Below are positions 37,579 through 46,431 of a stretch of 59,678 nucleotides of DNA, piece after piece. A program made the translations under genes and the position numbers. Origin of the DNA: Bacteroidota bacterium (GTDB lineage Bacteria; Bacteroidota; Bacteroidia; UBA7662); assembly GCA_005799025.1 (NCBI GenBank), contig SYHX01000052.1:1-59678 (forward strand), given 5' to 3'. Numbering within the stretch: position 1 is the stretch's first letter; each line of letters starts with the position of its first letter. The notes under the pieces are model-generated. The model had not been told where the DNA came from, did not search any database, and was given only the letters and a program-made list of their open reading frames with translations.

Positions 37579-39789
37579 TCAGTGATCAAAATCACTGTCC
37601 CTTAGTTTGGGATTAATTGTACCTTCTTTGACCTGAAATTCAATTTGCTGAGGCCCCATACTGATATTAACTTTGTGAGGAATCAAAAGCCCTTTGCCAA
37701 TATCCCTATAGTCCGAGAATGAAGTGGTATTCGAGGCTTCCTTACCGTCAGGGCCTTTGGAATTCCGTAACGTTTGAACCTTGAGACCTGTGCTAAGGTT
37801 GTAGAAATGGCTTTCGGTATTTCCATTCAAATAAGTCCAATCAAGTCTTACGCAAAGGTCTTTGTTGAGAATTGCCGCTCCTCCCAATTTCAATTTGCCG
37901 TTAGATTGAGCCAACCATTCGATCTCCGGACAAGGGAGCGCATCGAGTGCTTGCTGAGCAGTCTCCTCCGTATCCGTAGGCCTATCTCCTTGCATACTTT
38001 TGCGTGAAAGTTTCCCGTCCTTATACAAATCGGAGGACATGACCATCGTGCTGTTCAATTTAACGGTGGTCAATGAGGACAAGGGCTTGCGTTGTTTGAT
38101 TTCAATCAACTCCAAATTCATTCCTTGGAGGGTGGCGGACATGACCGTTCGCATGCTTTGGACTTTGGACCAAGCCTTGACGCCACCAGTTGCTTGGACG
38201 TATTGATTCAATATGGATTCCAAGGTGACATTGGCAGGTAATTTGATGGCGGTAGGGTCTTCGGTAATTTCACCATTCCAGTCCACCCATTCGATTTTCC
38301 CATCACTGTCTAGGGCCTTGAGCTTAGGCCCGATTTCTGAGCCTTTGCCTACGCAAATCACGACGCAATTTTGAGGTTGAATCATTTTGCGAGCCATATC
38401 TTGAACTTTGGGAGCATCAACCCCAGCTAATTCTTGCAGATAATTACGGTAATAGGAAGGTGACATTTTGTAGCGCTCCTGGTCAATGTAGAATCCAGCG
38501 ATGGTTTGGGGGTTCTGAAGAGAAATCGAAAAGGTTCCATTGAGGTAGTTCAGTACTCCCTGCAATTCTTCTTGAGGAACCAAAGTGTCACGGATGCGGT
38601 TGAGTTCGAAGAAGAATTCACGAACGGCACTGTCGGTGACCGCATTCCGAACTTGAGCATAGGCGCGGAATTGTCCTACCAAGGGATTCCGGCTCAGGGA
38701 AGAATAGGCGCCGTAGGTATAACCATGGGTTTCACGAAGATTATCAAAGAGACGAGCATCGCTTGCTCCAAGGATGGTGTTCATTACCGACGATGGAATA
38801 ACATCAGAAGAACCAGGCAAAAGTTGCACCGTGTTCGCAATTCGGATCACAGTTTGCACCGCTTCGGGGCGGTCCGCCACCACAATTCGAACGCCTTGTT
38901 GGACCTTAGGGAGCGAATGCTTTTGCATTGGGACAACGTTTTTGGACCAATTTCCCAAATATTGCCGAGTAAAGCTTTCTGCAGTGGCCCTATCGATATC
39001 CCCTACAATGGCCAAATACGCGCAATTGGGTCTAAGGTATTGATCTCTAAACTCTTCACAATCCGTTAACTGAATGGACTCCAGTCCAGTGGAGGTCATA
39101 ATCTCTCCGTAAGGGTGCGCCGGACCGTACAAGAGTTTGGACAAAACCCTTTCGGCAATAGATTCGGCATTGCTTTTCTCGGTTTCGAGGTTAGAAAGGT
39201 TTTGTTTGACCAAGCGCTCCAATTCATTTTGGCGATACTTGGGTTGGGTAAGCATTTCACCGACCAAACCAAATACGGATTCCATATTACGACTTAAGGC
39301 AGACGCGTAAACGGATGTTGCGGAGGAGGAGAGCGTTAGCCCTAGCCGGTCGACTGCTTCGTCAAATTCTTCTTTGGATTTGCTCGCGGTACCGCATTTA
39401 ATCAGATCCCCGGTGATGTTGGATAAACCTGCTTTGGTACCTTCGAGTAAGGGATCATAGTCCCAAACCAAGGATAAACTAACACGCGGCAACTTGCGAT
39501 TGCGGACCAAAAACACTTTGAGGCCGTTTTCAAGTTCCCAACGTTCAGCTTCGGCCCAACGGATTTCTGGAGCAGGCTGGGGAAGAGGTATACGACTGCG
39601 ATCAAGAGGCGGTTCCGGCACGATTGGCGGAGTAGGTTGCATAACTTTTCCTTTGATGGATTTCGACGGCCCAGAAGTAGTGGCCTTGGTTTTGGTCTGT
39701 GCCCAAGCAGAAGAAATGCCCGTCAATGGGTCAGCGGAGTTGCCATAAAGGAAGGCGAGAAATAGAAGGAAAAGAGATTTGAATTTCAT
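37579..39789 (-). CDS. M16 (pitrilysin/insulinase) family protein, non-catalytic type, with extra C-terminal domain
   Basis: The M16 two-domain body is present, but the position of HxxEH reads GLSNITGDLIKCGT, so there is no zinc motif. It has a signal peptide and a Pro-rich linker. About 230 C-terminal residues lie beyond the M16 body. Confidence 0.75.
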   Translation of the reverse strand: MKFKSLFLLFLAFLYGNSADPLTGISSAWAQTKTKATTSGPSKSIKGKVMQPTPPIVPEPPLDRSRIPLPQPAPEIRWAEAERWELENGLKVFLVRNRKLPRVSLSLVWDYDPLLEGTKAGLSNITGDLIKCGTASKSKEEFDEAVDRLGLTLSSSATSVYASALSRNMESVFGLVGEMLTQPKYRQNELERLVKQNLSNLETEKSNAESIAERVLSKLLYGPAHPYGEIMTSTGLESIQLTDCEEFRDQYLRPNCAYLAIVGDIDRATAESFTRQYLGNWSKNVVPMQKHSLPKVQQGVRIVVADRPEAVQTVIRIANTVQLLPGSSDVIPSSVMNTILGASDARLFDNLRETHGYTYGAYSSLSRNPLVGQFRAYAQVRNAVTDSAVREFFFELNRIRDTLVPQEELQGVLNYLNGTFSISLQNPQTIAGFYIDQERYKMSPSYYRNYLQELAGVDAPKVQDMARKMIQPQNCVVICVGKGSEIGPKLKALDSDGKIEWVDWNGEITEDPTAIKLPANVTLESILNQYVQATGGVKAWSKVQSMRTVMSATLQGMNLELIEIKQRKPLSSLTTVKLNSTMVMSSDLYKDGKLSRKSMQGDRPTDTEETAQQALDALPCPEIEWLAQSNGKLKLGGAAILNKDLCVRLDWTYLNGNTESHFYNLSTGLKVQTLRNSKGPDGKEASNTTSFSDYRDIGKGLLIPHKVNISMGPQQIEFQVKEGTINPKLRDSDFDH

Positions 39790-39845
39790 AATAAATTATC
39801 TTGATCGGATGGATTAAATAATCACAAATGGAAAGGCCTAAATGC

Positions 39846-41204
39846 TCAAGGTTTAGGTTTGGGCATATAATATAAGGTCACCTGATTGGTGGACACCAAA
39901 TAGGTATTGGCTACCCGGCGAATATCTGCTGGGGTTACCTTACGAAAACGCTCAAATTCCGTGTTGATCAGGTTGGCGTCGCCATAAAAGAGTTCGTAGT
40001 CACTCAATTGCTCGGCGATGCCTTGCACGGTTCCCAATTGGGCGACCCGATCGCTTTCGAGTTGGGTAAGCAATTTGTTCAGTTCAGACTGTTGAACGTT
40101 TTCTTCGCGAATCTGCCGGTATTCTTCCTTCATGGCCAGATTCAAGGAATCCACGGAAACGCCCATGTTGACAATGCCGTACATGATGGCCACCCCATGA
40201 TCCACCATTCCCAGTGGAAAAGCCCCAACCGCTACCGCTTTCTGCTGGCGATCCGCGATGGACTTCTGAAAACGAGAAGAAGCTCCCTGTGATAGTAAAC
40301 TAGTCAGCATGCTCATGGGATAAAAATCAGGAGTTCCTTGAGCGGGCATTTTGAAAGAATGGACAATGGCAGGCAATTGAATGTTATCATAAACGGTGTC
40401 AATACGCTCGGTGGTTTGGACAAGTTCTGCCGGATTGGGTCTGGGAATGGGGCGCGTTGACGATGGAACCGTCCCAAAATAGCGGTTAACCCATGCCTTG
40501 ACCTGTTCGGATTGGAAGTCTCCCGCAATGGAGAGCACCGCATTGTCCGGAACATAGAAGGTGCGGTAAAAGTCCATGAATTCTTCGAGTTTGGCAGAGT
40601 TGAGGTGATCCATTGAACCAATGACCGAACGGCCGTAGGGGTGCTGCAGAAATGTACGTCGCATGGTTTGATCCAATAGTCCGCCGTAAGGGGTATTGTC
40701 GTAACGCTGACGCCTTTCCTCTTTGACCACCTCCCTTTGGGTTTCAATTCCTTGGTCTTCGATTTTGGCATGGAGCATGCGCTCGCTCTCCATCCATAGA
40801 CCCAGCTCCAATTGGTTGGAGGGCAATATTTCGAAATAGAAGGTTCTATCGTAAAATGTGTTGGCATTAAGTACTCCTCCATTGGTTTTGACCAATTTCA
40901 TGTATTCACCACGTCCTATATTCTCACTGCCTTCAAAAAGCAAATGCTCAAAAAAGTGCGCAAAACCTGTTCGGGCAGGGTCCTCGTTTTTGCTACCGAC
41001 CTTGTAGGATACGGTAACAGCGACAATAGGTGTTGAGCTGTCTTGATGCAGAATGACTTTGAGGCCGTTAGCAAGTTGGTATTTCTCAAAGGAAATCACT
41101 TGGGCAGAGCTCCACTGAATTCCAACAAGGAAACCAGCAATCATCAGCATTAGTATCCAGTTCCTTGGAGTTGTACGGTTGGCGGTTTGGTTCGTTACTT
41201 GCAT
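39846..41204 (-). CDS. M16 family zinc peptidase (catalytic subunit type)
   Basis: The inverted zinc motif HFFEHLLFEG and a downstream E are present. The protein is 452 aa with a signal/anchor, and it lies directly upstream of the non-catalytic partner. Confidence 0.88.
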   Translation of the reverse strand: MQVTNQTANRTTPRNWILMLMIAGFLVGIQWSSAQVISFEKYQLANGLKVILHQDSSTPIVAVTVSYKVGSKNEDPARTGFAHFFEHLLFEGSENIGRGEYMKLVKTNGGVLNANTFYDRTFYFEILPSNQLELGLWMESERMLHAKIEDQGIETQREVVKEERRQRYDNTPYGGLLDQTMRRTFLQHPYGRSVIGSMDHLNSAKLEEFMDFYRTFYVPDNAVLSIAGDFQSEQVKAWVNRYFGTVPSSTRPIPRPNPAELVQTTERIDTVYDNIQLPAIVHSFKMPAQGTPDFYPMSMLTSLLSQGASSRFQKSIADRQQKAVAVGAFPLGMVDHGVAIMYGIVNMGVSVDSLNLAMKEEYRQIREENVQQSELNKLLTQLESDRVAQLGTVQGIAEQLSDYELFYGDANLINTEFERFRKVTPADIRRVANTYLVSTNQVTLYYMPKPKP

Positions 41205-41258
41205 TTTGATATTGGATTGGGGTTCATTGATGAAGGCAATTAGTGTTTGTGTTGGGGA

Positions 41259-42323
41259 TCAATTTAATTTCATGATCCAACCGCGGGTGTCCTGGGTTTT
41301 GCTGGTTTTGATATCGTCTAGCATATGACCCAACATGTTGGAATACGTTCGGGTCTCGAGAGATGGTAATTCCAAACGCCGATCTTGAACGGTGATGCTA
41401 GAAATTTGGGCTACGGTCGCCGCTGTTCCTGTACCGAAAGCGTCCTTAAGTTCGTTACGCTCGTAGGCAGCAACGACTTCGTCGATGCTGATTTTGCGAA
41501 CTTCGACAGGGAGGCCTGCTTCGATGGCCAGTCCAAGAATACTATCCCGGGTAATTCCTTCCAGTATGGTTCCGTCGGCAATAGGGGTTACCAGGGTATC
41601 ACCAATCTGAAAGAATAAGTTCATGGTACCCGATTCTTCGATGTATTTCATTTCCTTTCCATCCAACCAAACCAGTTGGTCAAAACCTGCTTCTCGGGCA
41701 TGCTTCAGCGGTAACATACCCGCAGCATAATTCCCGGCAACTTTGGCGAAGCCTGTTCCCATCGGAAAGGCCCTGACGTAACGATCCGAGACCTTTACGT
41801 GCAATGGTGCGGTATAGTAATTACCAACGGGACAATTGAAAATAATAAAGCGGTAGGAATCCGATGGCCGAATACCCACGTACTCATCTATCGCATACAT
41901 GAATGGACGGATATAGAGGGAATAACCTGCCTGACGGGGCACCCATTCTTGATCCAGATCGAGAAGGGCCTTGAGTCCACCTATGAAAATATCTTCCGTC
42001 ACGGCTGGCATGCACAATCGCCCCGCGGAGCGAATCATACGACTCATGTTATCGTAAGGACGAAAAATTTGCACCTGCCCTTTCTGGTTCCTGTAGGCTT
42101 TGAGGCCTTCAAAAATGGATTGTCCGTAGTGCAATGCGGAAATCGCTGGGTTGGTTGGAATTTCACCGTAAGGTAAAATGCGGGCATTTTGCCATTGGCC
42201 ATCTTGAAATTCGGCCACAAACATGTGGTCAGCGAAGACTTTGCCAAAGGGCAGATGGTCGAAATCAACTTGCGGTAAGCGGGAGTTTTCGATTCGGGTT
42301 GTAGGAAAAACGGGATGAGGCAT
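41259..42323 (-). CDS. ilvE: Branched-chain amino acid aminotransferase
   Basis: Class IV aminotransferase features are present: LHYGQSIFEGLKAY, the YIRP context and EESGTMNLF. The protein is 354 aa. Confidence 0.9.
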   Translation of the reverse strand: MPHPVFPTTRIENSRLPQVDFDHLPFGKVFADHMFVAEFQDGQWQNARILPYGEIPTNPAISALHYGQSIFEGLKAYRNQKGQVQIFRPYDNMSRMIRSAGRLCMPAVTEDIFIGGLKALLDLDQEWVPRQAGYSLYIRPFMYAIDEYVGIRPSDSYRFIIFNCPVGNYYTAPLHVKVSDRYVRAFPMGTGFAKVAGNYAAGMLPLKHAREAGFDQLVWLDGKEMKYIEESGTMNLFFQIGDTLVTPIADGTILEGITRDSILGLAIEAGLPVEVRKISIDEVVAAYERNELKDAFGTGTAATVAQISSITVQDRRLELPSLETRTYSNMLGHMLDDIKTSKTQDTRGWIMKLN

Positions 42324-42363
42324 GGTGCGTCGAAGTTAGGAAAGAGGCCCTTAACTTGCATCC

Positions 42364-42837
42364 TTGAAGAAATTGAAAACAATTGAAGAAGAGGCCACAA
42401 ATACCTTTTGGGCGGGTTCTACGATAGGGGATCCTCTTTGGGAAGAATGGGTCTTGGATCAAGAGGTCCTTGACCTGCTCGAAAAGCCTTTCAATCAAGC
42501 AAATCAACGGGAATTATGGGTCCTGGTTCAAGAAGAGCCCAATGAAGAAAACCAGGCTCTGCTGCTCAAGATTGCCGCGTCCATCGGGTACAATCCTTCT
42601 GAATTGCGAATTGTTGCGATGGCATCATTAGACAGTACCCGAAGCCAAGATTTTTGGACGGCTCAACCATGGCTTGCTCGAAAAGTCCTCTATTTGGGGA
42701 TATCTATGCCAGAACCTCCCCTTGGAACCCTTGTAAAGTGGGCAACGGCTCCCGATTTGACGACCTTGAGCGGCGATGAAAAGGCAAGGAAATGGCTATG
42801 GGGTCAAATCAAAGGTTGGCTCGATGCGACGAATTGA
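42364..42837 (+). CDS. Hypothetical protein with HolD(psi)/UDG-fold-like C-terminal signature
   Basis: The only available start is TTG. The C-terminus TAPDLTTLSGDEKARKWLWGQI resembles, from memory, the SPALTDLRANPTARAALWQQI end of E. coli HolD and the xP..K+..W..L end of UDG-superfamily proteins. Coding status is plausible but not certain. Confidence 0.45.
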   Translation: MKKLKTIEEEATNTFWAGSTIGDPLWEEWVLDQEVLDLLEKPFNQANQRELWVLVQEEPNEENQALLLKIAASIGYNPSELRIVAMASLDSTRSQDFWTAQPWLARKVLYLGISMPEPPLGTLVKWATAPDLTTLSGDEKARKWLWGQIKGWLDATN

Positions 42838-43426
42838 AGACCTACATCGTTGGGTGCTGGCCAGTCATAATATCCACAAGGCACAGGAATTACGTTCTAT
42901 GTTAAGTTTGCGAAGGATTGAATTGCTTACCCTTGCTCAACTTAATATTGTCAAGATTCCCGCTGAAACAGGAAATACCTTTCGAGAAAATGCCCTTATC
43001 AAAGCCCAAGCCGCCCATTCTGCCTCAAATTTACCTGCTTTAGCCGATGATTCAGGCTTGCAAGTTGAGGTATTGGATGGTTTGCCCGGGGTGCATTCGG
43101 CCAGATTTGCAGGACCAAATGCCACGGATGAAGAAAATATCCTACTTCTCTTAAAACGTTTGACAAATCAAGTTGATCGTAGCGCAAGCTTTGTATGTGT
43201 GCTGTGTTTTTGGGACGGAAAACATGCCACCTATTGGGAGGGCAAAGTTGAAGGCCAAATTCTAGAGACCCCGCGGGGTCATCACGGATTTGGCTACGAT
43301 CCGGTTTTTGAAGCCAAAGAAATTCCCGGACAAAGTTTGGCCGAACTTGACCCATCCACGAAGAATAAAATTTCTCACCGTGCGGCAGCGGTTCAATCCA
43401 TGTTGGCTTCCTTGGACTCCGTATAG
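42824..43426 (+). CDS. rdgB: Non-canonical purine NTP pyrophosphatase (RdgB/HAM1)
   Basis: Motifs seen are LASHNIHKAQE, ETGNTFRENALIKA, LADDSGL, GFGYDPVF and KISHRA. The chosen start is ATG 42824. Confidence 0.88.
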   Translation: MRRIEDLHRWVLASHNIHKAQELRSMLSLRRIELLTLAQLNIVKIPAETGNTFRENALIKAQAAHSASNLPALADDSGLQVEVLDGLPGVHSARFAGPNATDEENILLLLKRLTNQVDRSASFVCVLCFWDGKHATYWEGKVEGQILETPRGHHGFGYDPVFEAKEIPGQSLAELDPSTKNKISHRAAAVQSMLASLDSV

Positions 43427-43866
43427 CCTTGGTCTACAAACAATTCGGTCATTGATGCTGCTTCTTTGGCTAAGCAATCGCAACGCTCATTTTCAGGATG
43501 CTTGTTATGACCTTTGATCCATTTCCATTGCATGCGATGTTTTTCAGCAAGTTCAATCAAAGCCTTCCATAAATCAGGATTTTTGACATTTTTCCAATCC
43601 CTCTTGATCCATCCAAGCGTCCACTTGGCATTGAAAGCCTCAACTAGATATTTAGAATCGGAAATCAACTCAATATCATGTGCCGTTCCTTTGATTTCCC
43701 GGAGGGCGGCGATGGCCGCCATGAGTTCCATCCTGTTATTGGTAGTTAGTCGGAATCCACCGCTAATTTCTTTGCGATGTTTTCCACTAAGGAGTATGGC
43801 TCCGTAGCCCCCAGGACCGGGGTTGCCAAGGGCTGATCCATCCGTATACACGGTAATTTGAGCCAT
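43393..43866 (-). CDS. rnhA: Ribonuclease HI
   Basis: Motifs seen are VYTDGSALGNPGPGGYG, TTNNRMEL, SDSKY and KGHNKHPENERCD. The protein is 157 aa. Confidence 0.92.
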   Translation of the reverse strand: MAQITVYTDGSALGNPGPGGYGAILLSGKHRKEISGGFRLTTNNRMELMAAIAALREIKGTAHDIELISDSKYLVEAFNAKWTLGWIKRDWKNVKNPDLWKALIELAEKHRMQWKWIKGHNKHPENERCDCLAKEAASMTELFVDQGYTESKEANMD

Positions 43867-43874
43867 CGATAAGA

Positions 43875-45227
43875 TTAGTTTTGACCGTTGTGGTGAATCT
43901 CTGCCACCACAAAGAAGGATCCTGTAGCAAGCACAAGATCAAATTCTCCAGCAGCAGATACAGCTAATCTCCAGGCATGATCTACCGATGGCGATACGGA
44001 CCCATTTAGGCGATAGGTTTTGGCCTTTTCGGCAAGAGCTTCAGCAGGTAGGGCACGTGGAATTTGAGGGGCGCAGAAATAATATTGAGCATCTTGGGGC
44101 AACAAGGACAATATCGCATCGTGATCCTTATCGTTGACCATGCCCAAAACCAAATGAACTTGGGGCCGAGATCCGACCGATTTTTCGCTTAAACCAACAA
44201 GGGTGGATTGGACTTGTTCCAAAATGGCGCCAATACCTTCCTGATTATGCGCTACGTCCGTTATGCGCAAGGGACGGTGACCCCAGATTTGCCAGCGTCC
44301 TTGTAAGCCTGTTAATCCCGATACATTGCTCAGACCCTGCAAACACTTTTCATCATCCAAATCTTCCCCCAATTGACGCAAAATGTCCACGGCCATCAAC
44401 GCTTGTCCTATATTTTCGGATTGATAGTCCCCTAACAAATCACAGAAAAGAAGTTGTGGCCATTCCTTACCATTTCTTTGAATCTTCCAAGCAAAAGCTC
44501 CATCTTCCTGTACTTTCTTTAATTGGTAACACATATCCGCATTATAAAGCAAGCATCTTAATTCATTGGCTTTGCTGGAAAATACCTGTTGGATATCATC
44601 AGATTGTCTCCTTCCAAGAATAAGAGGAACACCTCGCTTCATAATTCCTGCTTTCTCCTTAGCGATAAGGGGTAAGGTAGGCCCTAGTAAATTCATATGA
44701 TCCCAGTCGATATGAGTGATTAAGGTCAGAATTGGCTGTACAATATTGGTGGAATCCAATCGCCCACCAAGACCTGTTTCAATAACAACAAAGTCAAGAT
44801 CAAACTCAGCAAAATGTGCAAAGGCCATAGCAGTCGTAAACTCAAAAAAGGAAGCCTGAGGATATTCTGAACATTTTTGCAAGATTTGGACCCAGTGTAC
44901 AACGCGTTCTTCTTCAATTGGTTGTCCGTTGATTCGGATTCTCTCTCTGAAATCGCGTAGGTGCGGAGAGGTGTACAAACCTGTTCGATACCCCTGTGAT
45001 TGTAACATAGCGGCTATCATATGCGAAACAGAGCCCTTACCGTTGGTACCTGCGACATGGATCACCTTGCCCAATCGACGTTCTGGATGATTTAAAAAGC
45101 GACACAGGATTTGAATTCCATCCATTCCTTGGCGATAGGCTGCAGGACCAATTCGATGAAACATGGGCAATTGTTCGAGGAGCCAACTTAGAGTTTCTGT
45201 ATAGGATTTGTTGAAAGATGATATCAT
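43875..45227 (-). CDS. folC: Bifunctional folylpolyglutamate synthase/dihydrofolate synthase
   Basis: The P-loop HVAGTNGKGSV and a Mur-ligase-like middle and C-terminal region are present. The protein is 450 aa. Confidence 0.88.
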   Translation of the reverse strand: MISSFNKSYTETLSWLLEQLPMFHRIGPAAYRQGMDGIQILCRFLNHPERRLGKVIHVAGTNGKGSVSHMIAAMLQSQGYRTGLYTSPHLRDFRERIRINGQPIEEERVVHWVQILQKCSEYPQASFFEFTTAMAFAHFAEFDLDFVVIETGLGGRLDSTNIVQPILTLITHIDWDHMNLLGPTLPLIAKEKAGIMKRGVPLILGRRQSDDIQQVFSSKANELRCLLYNADMCYQLKKVQEDGAFAWKIQRNGKEWPQLLFCDLLGDYQSENIGQALMAVDILRQLGEDLDDEKCLQGLSNVSGLTGLQGRWQIWGHRPLRITDVAHNQEGIGAILEQVQSTLVGLSEKSVGSRPQVHLVLGMVNDKDHDAILSLLPQDAQYYFCAPQIPRALPAEALAEKAKTYRLNGSVSPSVDHAWRLAVSAAGEFDLVLATGSFFVVAEIHHNGQN

Positions 45228-45286
45228 TGATAAATATTGGGCAAATAATTGCCCTTAATTTTCTGGATGCTGTAGAGAAATATTAC

Positions 45287-46042
45287 CTATTTTGTTTTAC
45301 CAATTATTAACTCGTATTTCAAAATACCACGTTGAATATCTTTTCCATTGTCACTGCGCTTAAAGCGAGCTTTTTGAGTAGCTTCCATCAAGGCTCGACG
45401 CTGTTCAGAAGTAAGGGGTATCGTGCTTTTGGGTGTACCGATAACTCGTACCCTTCCTTCGCGATCCACTTCGATAAGAATATTCACTGGGGCATCTTTA
45501 AGAAAATTAAATTTTTCCGGATCGGGCTCTTGCGCAAAACCTCTACTTTCCAAGCCATCCCCGCTGGCCGAAAAGCCACCACTCCCAGTGCTTTGGCCTG
45601 TGGATTCAGGGGATCCATCTTCCGCCCCTTGAGTAGGGCGTTTGTCCTTACTTTGTTTTGCGGAATTTTTGCGATCGAGCAAACGTTGTAAACGAGGATC
45701 CATAGGCTTGGTTTCAGCGGGTGGACTCGTTTTGGGGTTAACCACAGGCGCTTCCTCTAAATTCTGAGTCGCTACGGGTTGGGATTTGGTATCTGTAATT
45801 GCGGGCTTGGGCTCTGGAGAGGTAGGTTCTGCGCTTTGTTCCGAAGAAGAACTTACAGATGGATCTATATTCGGTAAACCGTCAGGGTTGCCCAAAGCCA
45901 AGGCCATGCCTCCAGCATTGTTCTCGGCAGAATCTTTTTGGGGAATACCCAAACTCAAGAGTCCAAGGATCAACACCAGAATCAGGTGTAGTATAAGGCT
46001 CAAAGCCCATGCTTTGATCTGCGAACCTTCTTGATTATTCAT
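45287..46042 (-). CDS. TonB-like energy transducer
   Basis: An N-terminal TM helix (AWALSLILHLILVLILGLLSLG) is followed by a Pro/Ser-rich spacer and a small C-terminal domain. It is the last gene of the exbB-exbD cluster and shares an ATGA overlap with exbD. Confidence 0.65.
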   Translation of the reverse strand: MNNQEGSQIKAWALSLILHLILVLILGLLSLGIPQKDSAENNAGGMALALGNPDGLPNIDPSVSSSSEQSAEPTSPEPKPAITDTKSQPVATQNLEEAPVVNPKTSPPAETKPMDPRLQRLLDRKNSAKQSKDKRPTQGAEDGSPESTGQSTGSGGFSASGDGLESRGFAQEPDPEKFNFLKDAPVNILIEVDREGRVRVIGTPKSTIPLTSEQRRALMEATQKARFKRSDNGKDIQRGILKYELIIGKTK

Positions 46043-46431
46043 CTTGGATCGGTAGCCAAAACCATTTTGAGACGAGCCTCTTGGGCCCATTGCATTACAT
46101 CGACCACTTCTTGAATCGGTACCAAACGATGACTCTGCAGCATCAAAGTTTGAGCGGTATCTACTGCAGCAAGGGACGCTAGCTTGCCTTTCAAAGCCTC
46201 TTTATTTATTTTTTCGTTTTCGAGGTAGTAATGCGAGAGGCTATCAATGCTGATTCGAATAGCCTGTTTCTGAACGGTTTGCCCTTTGCCTTTGGGCAAG
46301 AGTAATTTGAGGGCTTGAGGGGCCACCAAGGTTGAGGTTAGCAAGAAAAATATGAGCAAGAGAAAGACAATATCCGTCATGGAAGCCATGCTGAAATCAG
46401 CTTTGACCTTAGAGGTTTTTCGAAAATTCAT
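46039..46431 (-). CDS. exbD: Biopolymer transport protein ExbD/TolR
   Basis: The protein is 130 aa with the typical N-terminus (ASMTDIVFLLLIFFLLT). Confidence 0.85.
   Translation of the reverse strand: MNFRKTSKVKADFSMASMTDIVFLLLIFFLLTSTLVAPQALKLLLPKGKGQTVQKQAIRISIDSLSHYYLENEKINKEALKGKLASLAAVDTAQTLMLQSHRLVPIQEVVDVMQWAQEARLKMVLATDPR

Noticed and set aside
45239-45254. The hairpin GGGCAA-ATAA-TTGCCC between the tonB-like gene and folC, and similar weak stems at 32-47 and 19791-19810, considered as intrinsic terminators.
   Set aside because: The stems are only 5-6 bp and are not followed by a U-tract on the transcribed (minus) strand. This is insufficient to call terminators.
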